From a virus (lineage: Duplodnaviria > Caudoviricetes): a stretch of 59,931 nucleotides of DNA. The stretch lies in IMG/VR virus record IMGVR_UViG_3300042294_003065, positions 1 through 59,931 of that record. One strand, 5' to 3'. Positions 27,101-35,900 of this stretch are shown one piece after another. The notes under the pieces are model-generated. The model was not told where the DNA came from. It saw only the letters and a program-made list of their open reading frames with translations, and made no database searches. The stretch's first letter is position 1. Every line of letters begins with the position of its first letter. The translations under genes and the position numbers were made by a program.

Positions 27101-27736
27101 TTAGAGGAAGAGAGCGCGGATTTGTGCGTCAGTGCTGGTGCCGGGAGCGGCGTCGAAGGCGAGGACGATGCGGCCACTGGCGTCGCCGACGTTCTGGATG
27201 ACCGCCCCGGTGTTGTTGGTCGTCCATGTGACCAGGGCTGATCCCTTGGTGGCCGAAAGCGTGAAGGTGTCCGCGGACGGGACTGTGGAGACCACGTAGA
27301 GCGCTCCGGCGGTAAGTCCTGCCGTAGTGCCCGTGAAGGATACCATCCGGATGCGATCGCCGACATTCAGGCCGTGAGCGACCAGGGTGAAGACGCCCGT
27401 GGCCGCAACACCAGAGGTCACGGCGATGGTGGACTTGCGGACGTAGCGGCCAGATGCAGCCGCCTCCAGCTCGTCGCCCGTGGCGATGTCGGTCGTGTTG
27501 GTTCCGATGGTGATCTCATGGATGCCGTTGCCGCCCCAGAGCTTCACCGCTGCCGAGCGGCCAATCACCGTGTCGCCGACGTTGGCCGCGGCACTGTTGC
27601 CACGGATCATCGTGCCGATCGCGAGGTCCTGCGTGCCAGCCAGGGCAATGCCGGTGCTGGTGAGTTTTACCGCCACATGGCTGTGGGCGGAGAGGTCGGC
27701 GCTGACCGGAATTGAGATGATAGGATTGTCGTTCAT
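27101..27736 (-). CDS. Head decoration (cement) protein with an inserted small beta domain
   Basis: DUF2190-like frame (IATGDELEAAASGR...ALFDAA..DAQIRAL) interrupted by AHGLNVGDRI...GLTAGALYVV...DTFTLS. Confidence 0.7.
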   Translation of the reverse strand: MNDNPIISIPVSADLSAHSHVAVKLTSTGIALAGTQDLAIGTMIRGNSAAANVGDTVIGRSAAVKLWGGNGIHEITIGTNTTDIATGDELEAAASGRYVRKSTIAVTSGVAATGVFTLVAHGLNVGDRIRMVSFTGTTAGLTAGALYVVSTVPSADTFTLSATKGSALVTWTTNNTGAVIQNVGDASGRIVLAFDAAPGTSTDAQIRALFL

Positions 27737-27763
27737 GGTTCGAGGATTTGGAGAGTTGGTCGC

Positions 27764-29188
27764 TTAGGCGTGGATGGTCCGGGACTGCACCCAATCGGCG
27801 TGCAGGGCGGGGCCGTTGGGCTCCTTCATGGCGAATAGGATGGCCTGGCCGGGAGTGCATTTCTTCTCGGCTTCGATGGCCTTCAGGCGGGCCTGGAAGG
27901 GGTGGAGTTCGCCGCTGTTCGCGTGGAAGAGGCGGATGCCGTTGTCCACGCCGGCCTTGACCGGGCGGGTGCCCGTGCGGACGTGGAGTTCGAGGGCCTC
28001 GATCTGGGCCACGGCCCGTGCGGAGAACTCCTGGAGTTCCCGGTTCTGGTTGGCCAGGGCGATGAATTTCGCCTCAACCTTGCCGGCCTCCTGCGCTTCC
28101 GCAAAATTGATTTCGGCCTGCTCCTTGGCGTTGAACTTCGCTTTGAGCTGGATCAGCTCCCGCTGGAGAGCGGCGAACTGTGCGCTGCCTGCGCCCGCTG
28201 CGGCACCTGCGCCGGACATCTCAGCGCCAGCGGACTGGCCCTGCTCGCCCTGGTATCCGCCCTGCTCGCCGCCGTATTGCTCGCCGCCCTGCTCCTGGCC
28301 CTGCTGTTCGCCACCGAGGTTCGCGTTGTATTCGCCGACTGCGGCATCTACTTCATCGCGGGTGATCCCGTTGGCCGCCAGCTCCTCGTCGCTCATTGCG
28401 TTGAGCTGCGAGAGCTGGTCGAAGAGTTCGTTGTCACCGGGCTCTTCCTGCTGACCCTGCGACTGGAAAGCCTCGGCCACTTCGGCTTTGAAGGCGTCGT
28501 GTTCAGCGCGCATGGAGCGCACCTCGTTGAGGATGTCTTGGAGCGAGGGCTCGGCGTTTTGATTGTTGGGATCGGCCATAAAAGTAAGTGGTTTGCGAGT
28601 TACGGAAAAGTTCCGAGTGTCAACCGAATTGGATTTCGCCAGCGCGATGATCTGCCGCTTTAGGTCGGCGGAAGTGGGTCCTTCTTTCGAGGAGAACAGC
28701 CCGCCCTTGTTGGCCGCGGCACGCTTCACCACGTCGCAGCTCATCACCTGCTCAGCCCGCGCGCACTGCCTGCCGTTGACCGTCGTGCCCTTGGGATCAC
28801 CCTTGAAGCTGAAGCTGAGTCCGAAGGTCTTGGGTTGCTTGCGCGCACGCTCCAGCATGGTCGGCGTTTCCTTGTGGGTCTCCAGCAGCACCCAGTCCGC
28901 GCGCAGCTTGTTGCCATCCACCCGGAAGTTCTGGAGCCATCCATTCACGTCCTCGACCTTCCCCTCGTGATTGATCGTCACTGGCACCTGCCCCATGGAC
29001 TTCGAGAGGTCGTGGAGCTGGGTCAGGGTGGTCTTGTCCACGAACAAGGAGTGCCCTTCGGCCTCGCACTCGCTGGTGATGCAGCTCACTCCACGGATGG
29101 TGAAGTTCTGCTCATCGACGACGCCGGTATCCCCGGCGAAGAGTTCGGGGCTGTTGCTGCGAAAACGAATAGTGGCGAGCTGGGACAT
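27764..29188 (-). CDS. Prohead protease with a fused scaffold
   Basis: INH (His), FGLSFSF (Ser), CDVV..AAAN.GGLFS (Asp); acidic coiled-coil C-terminal half, with a likely internal start at 28579 (MADPNN). Confidence 0.82.
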   Translation of the reverse strand: MSQLATIRFRSNSPELFAGDTGVVDEQNFTIRGVSCITSECEAEGHSLFVDKTTLTQLHDLSKSMGQVPVTINHEGKVEDVNGWLQNFRVDGNKLRADWVLLETHKETPTMLERARKQPKTFGLSFSFKGDPKGTTVNGRQCARAEQVMSCDVVKRAAANKGGLFSSKEGPTSADLKRQIIALAKSNSVDTRNFSVTRKPLTFMADPNNQNAEPSLQDILNEVRSMRAEHDAFKAEVAEAFQSQGQQEEPGDNELFDQLSQLNAMSDEELAANGITRDEVDAAVGEYNANLGGEQQGQEQGGEQYGGEQGGYQGEQGQSAGAEMSGAGAAAGAGSAQFAALQRELIQLKAKFNAKEQAEINFAEAQEAGKVEAKFIALANQNRELQEFSARAVAQIEALELHVRTGTRPVKAGVDNGIRLFHANSGELHPFQARLKAIEAEKKCTPGQAILFAMKEPNGPALHADWVQSRTIHA

Positions 29189-29216
29189 AATGCCCTAGCC
29201 CGCCATGTCAATCCGA

Positions 29217-29230
29217 CTGCAAACTTGCAG
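29217..29230. promoter_or_regulatory. Palindrome CTGCAAACTTGCAG (1 mismatch), 5 nt upstream of TTGACA before the protease gene
   Basis: Read directly from the sequence. Confidence 0.6.
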
Positions 29231-29232
29231 CT

Positions 29233-31605
29233 CTACCGCTTCAGCTTCGCCATGAGTTTCTTCACCGCGCTCTGCTCCTCTTCCGGCTCGGCCTGCTGCT
29301 GCGGCTGGGTCTGCATCGGCTTTTGGTAAGCCACTGCAATCGAGTTCGGATCAATCATGTTCCCGTTGGCGTCGGTGAACTGGCCCTGCTGGTCGCGGGG
29401 GCGGGGGTCGGTGCCGAAGAGGATGGTGTTCAGTTCATCGGCTGCGCTGAGCTGCTGTGGCTTGATGTATCCGCGCGCAATCAGTTCGCGGGCATATTGC
29501 CGCAGGCGCTCTTTCTTCTCGCCTTCTTTCTTTCCCATGTGGTGCCCGGCCACCCCGGCTACGATTGGGCCGCCAATAACGCCGGCTCCAAGTAAGGCTG
29601 CTCCGGGTCCGGTCAGCTTGCCAACATCGCGAGCGCCAATGTATCCGAAGAGGATGGTATCAAGCTGTTCACGGGCGCTCATATTGAAAAGCGCCCGGCT
29701 CTTCCTGGCCTTCTCGAAGAAGTCCTCCAGCTTCATCCCCTTCTTGGCCGCCAGGGTGCTCTTGGTGGTCATGTCGTTCACCAGCTTGAGTGGTCCCATC
29801 CGGCCGGCTGGTTTCAGGGTGAGGGCCTTGTAGGTGTTGATGTCCTGGCGGAGGCCGAGCTGGATGAGGTCGAGTTCGTCCGCGGCGGACATCCGCACCT
29901 TGCCCTTGGCGAGGAGGTGGGGCTGCTTCTCCTCATACTTGGACCGGATGATATTGTGGTCGGCGCGAGATCTGTCGATGAGATACCCGATTGGCAGGCC
30001 GATTGGGCCGCCGAGGACCGTTCCGATGTAGCGACCGGAGGCCCGATTGAAGTGCGCTCCGATGCCCTTCTCTTTTCTCACGCCCTCCTCGGTGTTGATG
30101 TAGCCGCCGGCCAGCTCGATCAGCTCTTCGCGGGCGGACATCTCAAACCTGTCGTCCTTCTTCTTCGCCATGGAATACAGCGCGCCAGCTCCGGCGAGTG
30201 CAGCTCCGACGCCGGCCCCGATCCTCACCTTGCGAGAGCTTGCGATCTGCGCGGCCTTGTCCCTGGCCCTGCCGTAGGCCCCCTTGGTGAAATCCTTGGT
30301 CGCCTTCACGGCCTTCCTGCGCACCGCTCCGTAGCCTCCGCGCGCCATGATCTCCTGATGGGTCAGGTAGGCCCCGCCAACGCCTGCGACAGCGCCGGCC
30401 GAGGTGGCTGCGGAGCTGAGGAAGTCGCTGGTGTAGCCAAGTTCGATGATGGAATGGAGTTCATCTCTGGCGGACATGAGCCTGAGTCGGTTGGGGATGC
30501 CTTGGGCTTGCTTGATTCCCTCGGGAAGGTGATCGACGACCTCGACGCGGCCCTTGGTGGCCCTGGCCATGGTCTCGTTCACAAAATCCTTGGTTGAATT
30601 AGCCGCTCTACGCGATGCCGCTCCGGCCCTGCGTGCGCCACGAAGCATTGATCCGCCCTTAAACAAGATGCCGAGCCCGGCGGCTCCAGCGGCCATGGCT
30701 GGGGCAGCGCCAAGCGCTTGGGCGCTGTGTTTCCTGCCTTGCTCCTCCAGTGCGTTGATCCTGTCCCCGAGGGCGTATCGAGCTGCCGTGGTCCCGATGG
30801 CCCCGACGCCAGCGCCGATGGCTGCCGCCCTCTTGCTGCCGCCTAGAAGCAGCCCGGACATGGCTCCGCCGGCTGCCCCATACATTGGAGACGCCATGTA
30901 GCTTTGGACCCGCCGGACTCCAGCTAGTCCGTCTTGGTCGAACTGGATGATCTCCTGAAGCTCGTCCCTTGCGGAAAGCTCACGCGGCCTCAGAGCGCGG
31001 CGGATGTTGTTCCCTGCGGCCCCGGCATAGCTCCCGAAGCTGCCTGCTGCCGCCCGGAGTCCGCCGGGTTGGGTGAGGGTTCCGCGAAGTGTGGCGTGGC
31101 CCTCAAGACCGAGCTGCGGAAGATGTCCGAGAACGGTTCCTGCGACCCGCTTTCCGGTCCCGACGTTCGATCCTGCGAGCTTTGCGGCTGCTGCGCTGGC
31201 CGCATTGGCTCCAGCGAATACCGCGGTCGCGGAATGCTCCACTGCCTCCTCTGGCAGACCTGCGCGCTTGGCGAGGTCTTTGATCATCCTTGCCTGTGCG
31301 GCATGAGTGCCCTCGTGGGCTGCCACCGCTGCGCGCGGGGAGGTCTGGATGGTGTCGGTGGATGGGTTGTAGTGGCTGCCGGGATTTTGGGCTTTCTGCA
31401 CTCCCGACATCGGCCCAGCTTCAACGCGCCCAACATGGGTGACGGTCGTTCGTCCGGCCATGGTTGGATCACCCGCGGCCCTCGCGGCGATGGCCTTGGC
31501 TTTTCCGACGCTGATCCGCTCGCCGCCGGTCAGGGCCATCTCAAGTTTGGCCTTGAGTTTGCCGATCTTCCCGAGTCCCTTGTTGATCTGTGAGTGCGAA
31601 AACAT
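29233..31605 (-). CDS. Modular polyprotein-like head cargo (HExxH peptidase-like module plus six linker-delimited modules)
   Basis: AHEGTH...E motif; six [LM]SA[RA][DE][EQ]L..I.[FL] linkers; glycine zippers; C-terminal PRDQQGQF. Confidence 0.8.
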   Translation of the reverse strand: MFSHSQINKGLGKIGKLKAKLEMALTGGERISVGKAKAIAARAAGDPTMAGRTTVTHVGRVEAGPMSGVQKAQNPGSHYNPSTDTIQTSPRAAVAAHEGTHAAQARMIKDLAKRAGLPEEAVEHSATAVFAGANAASAAAAKLAGSNVGTGKRVAGTVLGHLPQLGLEGHATLRGTLTQPGGLRAAAGSFGSYAGAAGNNIRRALRPRELSARDELQEIIQFDQDGLAGVRRVQSYMASPMYGAAGGAMSGLLLGGSKRAAAIGAGVGAIGTTAARYALGDRINALEEQGRKHSAQALGAAPAMAAGAAGLGILFKGGSMLRGARRAGAASRRAANSTKDFVNETMARATKGRVEVVDHLPEGIKQAQGIPNRLRLMSARDELHSIIELGYTSDFLSSAATSAGAVAGVGGAYLTHQEIMARGGYGAVRRKAVKATKDFTKGAYGRARDKAAQIASSRKVRIGAGVGAALAGAGALYSMAKKKDDRFEMSAREELIELAGGYINTEEGVRKEKGIGAHFNRASGRYIGTVLGGPIGLPIGYLIDRSRADHNIIRSKYEEKQPHLLAKGKVRMSAADELDLIQLGLRQDINTYKALTLKPAGRMGPLKLVNDMTTKSTLAAKKGMKLEDFFEKARKSRALFNMSAREQLDTILFGYIGARDVGKLTGPGAALLGAGVIGGPIVAGVAGHHMGKKEGEKKERLRQYARELIARGYIKPQQLSAADELNTILFGTDPRPRDQQGQFTDANGNMIDPNSIAVAYQKPMQTQPQQQAEPEEEQSAVKKLMAKLKR

Positions 31606-31650
31606 TTTTGAAGAAGGTTGGGTCTGCTTTACTACTTCTGTGTCATCCTG

Positions 31651-32427
31651 TCAGTATGCTCCTGCTGTTTGGGGCATGGAAGGTATCACGCGCCCTCGGA
31701 TGGTTTTGATGGGCTGGTAGCGGCTGACCGCGGGACGCAATGTGGAGCCGGCGTCGCGGGCGATATTGAGTGATGGAGACACCAGTAGGTCTTGCAGGTG
31801 GCGGCCGACACCTTCCTGAGCGCCGTGCTCCGCCCCTTTCCTCATCTGTGCCGTCATTGCCCTCTTGCCGATGGCGCTGTTGCCGATCAGGGTTCGGGCT
31901 GCATTCACAACCGGAAGGACCGGATCGACCAAGGCTGCGCCGGCTCCACCGACTGCTCCTCCGGCGATGCGTGCGCCCGCGGATTGGCCCGTCGATCGCG
32001 GCAGCCAGGAGATGAGTCTGTCGGCGAACTTGGATCGCTTCCCGGTGGCGATCTCGCTCAGGCCGGCTCCCAGCTTTCCGGTTACGCCCTCTTTGGCGAG
32101 CGCCAGGGACTTGCGGGCGATGCGGTTGCTCTTGAGTCCGGCGTCGTATAGGTGGCCAAGTTCAGGCCCGGCCATGACATCCACAGCCCCGCGAATCGCC
32201 GGGTGGATCGCTTTGCCTGTTTTGGCGTGGCGAACTCCGGACTGGAAGACGCTCGATCCTACTCGTTGCTGCCACCCGCCTGGAGTCAGCATTTTCCTGA
32301 AGAGATGATTCGATCCGATGTGCGCAGCGGCTCCGGCCAGCATCCCTGTGATGAGGCTGAACTGGATGGTATCGTCTTTCTCCCGAAAGCGATCGAGGAT
32401 CTCCTGAAGCTCGTCGCGTGCTCCCAT
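31651..32427 (-). CDS. Single-module cargo protein starting with the linker motif
   Basis: Begins MGARDELQEIL...TIQF; basic and Gly/Ala-rich. Confidence 0.75.
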   Translation of the reverse strand: MGARDELQEILDRFREKDDTIQFSLITGMLAGAAAHIGSNHLFRKMLTPGGWQQRVGSSVFQSGVRHAKTGKAIHPAIRGAVDVMAGPELGHLYDAGLKSNRIARKSLALAKEGVTGKLGAGLSEIATGKRSKFADRLISWLPRSTGQSAGARIAGGAVGGAGAALVDPVLPVVNAARTLIGNSAIGKRAMTAQMRKGAEHGAQEGVGRHLQDLLVSPSLNIARDAGSTLRPAVSRYQPIKTIRGRVIPSMPQTAGAY

Positions 32428-32430
32428 GGC

Positions 32431-32901
32431 TCAGAGGTTGATCAGCGCGTCGAGGCGGGCGTTGAGCTGCACGAGCTGGGAGTGGCGGGCGGAGAGGCCG
32501 ACCATTTTCGACCTGCCCTTGGTGACGGATCGCGCCGCGCCCCGGAGGCCGCGGAGGATGGACGCCAGCCTGCCCTCGCCTGCGTAGGCTGCCCGGTCAG
32601 CGCCCTTGGTGAAGGCTTGCCCGACGCCGCTGTTGGTGATGGTATCCTTCACGGTGCCGGCGTATCCCGCTGCGCGGCCGTAACCCTTGCTGATGGTATC
32701 CGCCACACCCATCGTGCCTCCTCGCACTGGTCCGGAGACTCCGCGACCAGCCGCGTAGAGCCCGCCTGCTGTGCCGGCTCCCAGTACGCCAGCCCCGATG
32801 GCCGTGTTACGCAGTCCGTGGCTTTCCTCCTCGTCATACGGATGCTGGAAGTTGATCTGGTCGATCTTGGCGTTCAGGGCGATGAGGCGGTGTAGTTTCA
32901 T
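32431..32901 (-). CDS. Single-module glycine-zipper protein flanked by linker-like motifs
   Basis: N-terminal LNAKIDQINF; C-terminal LSARHSQLVQLNARLDALINL. Confidence 0.75.
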   Translation of the reverse strand: MKLHRLIALNAKIDQINFQHPYDEEESHGLRNTAIGAGVLGAGTAGGLYAAGRGVSGPVRGGTMGVADTISKGYGRAAGYAGTVKDTITNSGVGQAFTKGADRAAYAGEGRLASILRGLRGAARSVTKGRSKMVGLSARHSQLVQLNARLDALINL

Positions 32902-32915
32902 TGGCGAGGTTGGTT

Positions 32916-35900
32916 CTATGAATTGAGGATGGTGTCAAGGCGGGCGGAGAGACTGGTGCCGGCTTTCTTGCCCAGTCCGGCAAATGCCTCCGGGGCGAAC
33001 TTGCGGCCGATGTAGGCGGTGCCGATGACTGCTGCTCCCAGCTTGGCGGCGTTGATCATCCCCTTGTTCTCCTCCCGCTCATACCAGCGCTTGGGGCGGC
33101 GGTTGCGCTTGATCACGCCGGGGCGGTTGCGGACCCAGTGCTCCCATTGGTCGGGATACTGGGTGTTCTCGTCGAGCTGGATGAGCTTCGCGCCGGAGGA
33201 TAGCAGGCGGTCCGTGAGCTTCTTGGCCTCCTCGGCGATCTCGGCCTCCCGCTCCGTGCGACCGAGCTGACCGGGAGTGGCGGAGCGGACAGTCTTGAGG
33301 GCCTCCGGTGACATCCCGGCGGCGGCCTCATTGAGGGCTTCCTGCTTCTGCTGCGAGGTCATGTGCGGGAAGGGCGTGACCTTGGATGTCTCGGCTGCCT
33401 TGGTGGCTGCCCCGACGTTCTTCGAGTCCACCCATTTGTTCACTTTCCCAACGATCCCACCAGCGACTCCGGATGCCTCGTTGCCGGCGTTCTGTGCGGT
33501 CTTGGGAAAGAAGCTGCGCACCTTGTCGTAGGCTTCCGCCACGGGCTTGGGGACTGACTTGCGGATGGCTGACTGGACCTCCCCTTTGTTCCATCGGTTC
33601 TGGAATCCACGCATGGCAGAGTCGCCAGCGAAGCCCGCCTTGCCGCGCATGATCTTTCCTGCGGCCAGGAGGGAGCCTCCGGTGATTCCGATCGCGATCA
33701 GATTCTTCGCCCACGGCTTCTCCCACTCCCTCTTGCGCGGGCGTCCACGGGTGTCCACGGCCTTCTCTCCGCGCAGGGTGCCGCCGATGTCCTTCAGGAC
33801 TCCGGTGCCCCGGCGGTAGGCTTGCTGAATGTCCTGTCCGCGGCGGCTGTAGTTGACCTTGATCTCCTTGCCGGTGGCGGTCTCGCCTCCGATCCAGCGG
33901 CGGCTGTCGAAGTAGTCGAAGTTGATCACGGGCTGGCGGGCGCTGAAGAGCCTGCTGGCCCCGTAGAGCCCGAGTCCGGCGATGCCGAGCCCTGCTGCCC
34001 GGCGGCCCATCTTGGAGGCGGCCAGCTTGGCGCTCACGAGCTTGTCGTAGCCGCGCTTGCCGGTGAGTCCGATGGCCCCAATGGCGGCGGCTTTCCACGG
34101 CATACCCTCAGCCTGCTTGGCTCCACGGGAGCGGTCCCCGTAGATGTCCTTGGTCCCCGCGGTGGAGGCGCGCACCCCGATGGCGGTAGCTGCTCCGGCC
34201 CCGGCCCCGATGAGCGCACGGGCCTTGGCTGGCATGGTCCCGCGAAGGGCGGCTCCGAGTCCGGCTCCGGCTACAGTCGAGCGGAGGATGTTTGCGTCCC
34301 GGCGGTCGAGGTCCTCGTCCTGGATCTTCTTGCGGTAGCGGTCGGCGGCCAGCTTTCCGGTGAGTGGGACCTCGGCGAAGCGGATGGGAATGAGGCGCGA
34401 GGACATGCGTTGATCTTCCTTTGCCTTCTTCCTTCGGTTCTCCATGTATTTTCTAAAACCATAGACGCCTCCGATGACTCCGAGGCTGGCTGCACCGACG
34501 CCGATCATTGCTTTGTGTGTGCCGCGACTGGCATTCGCATCCGCCTCGTCAATCTGCTTTCCGAGCTTCTGTCTTGCAGCGTCTCCGCGCTCCTTCATTA
34601 CGCGCAGTTCATCAAGATCGCGCTTGATTGCATCCCGCTGCTTTAGGACTGGCCTGATCTTTCTGACGACCTCCGCGACAATCTTCTGATCATGCCCGCC
34701 CCCTTGCGCGACAGCCCTTTTGAATGTGCCCGAAAGCCGGTCTCCGAGACCTCTCTCCATGGCTGTGCCCTCCGCCAAAACCTTGGCGGCGTAATTTCCC
34801 CTAGCAAAGTAAATGGCGCTGGCTCGCGAGGACATGCGTTTGGTCTTTCCTCCATGCAGGGCGTCAACCGCGCTGCCCTCGTCCACGCCCTGATAGACAC
34901 CGTAGCCCCCGCCGCCGATGGCTCCGATGGCCGCTGCGCCAGCGGGTCCGGATCGGTTGGCCCAGGTGATCGGCCGCCAGTCAGCGTGCTTCGTCATAAA
35001 GGCGCGGCCCTTGGCGGTCTTGAGAGCCAGTAGCCCGGCGGCTCCGCCGGCTACGGCTCCACCGATTCCTCCGCCGAGCGCCGCCCGCTTGGTGTAGGCG
35101 GCCCGCTCGCCGGGCTTTGGATTGCCGCTGATGGCGTTGCCGATGAGGACTGATCCGGCGGCCAGTCCGGCGAGGGTTCCGCCTACTTTGCCGGCGATCT
35201 TGAGGGTTGGGCCGACTCTTGATCCTACCTTCAGGGCGGTTGGGATTCCGGCCACAAGTGCTCCGGTGGCTCCCGCGGAAAGTCCGGCCACGATGGATGG
35301 ATGGAGATGCTTCTTCTCAGCGAAGTGAATCGAGTTGCCCTTGGCGGCGAGCTTGCGCTGATAGATGTCACTGCGCCTGGGCGCGGGTTGCTTGACGGGC
35401 CATGCTGCGGGCTTATTTCCGATCCAGAGCGGGCGGGCCTTGATGACCTTCTCCACGTTATGACCGATGGCTGCCCCGGCGAGTCCTGTGCCGGGGGTGA
35501 CGCCGCCTCCGGCTACTACTCCGGTGACGTAGCCCACCTTGGCTCCCGTGGAGAGTCCCTTGAACTTGGCGAGCAGCTTCTTCACGAGGCTGGGCTCGGC
35601 GGGGCGCGAGGTCTGGATGAAGTTGGAGAACTTGCTGGAGAACTCGGTGGCGTATTCCGGACGGCGGGAAGCGTATCCCCCTGCTCCGCCGATGGCGAGA
35701 CCGGAGCCGATGCCGATGGCGATCTTCTTGCGGGCACCTCTGCGGATACCGGCGATCTCCTCGGCTTTCTTGGCGTTGGTTTCCCCAATGAAGCTCTCGC
35801 GGGCGATGGCGTATTCGTTGCGCTGCTTCTCACGCAGGGCTTTCTCGGAGGCGCGGACGCCCGCTGTTTCCATCCTGGCCTTGGCGATCTCAACTTCAGC

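Noticed and set aside
28230-28320. EQQGQEQGGEQYGGEQGGYQGEQG repeat in the scaffold
   Set aside because: Ordinary low-complexity linker.
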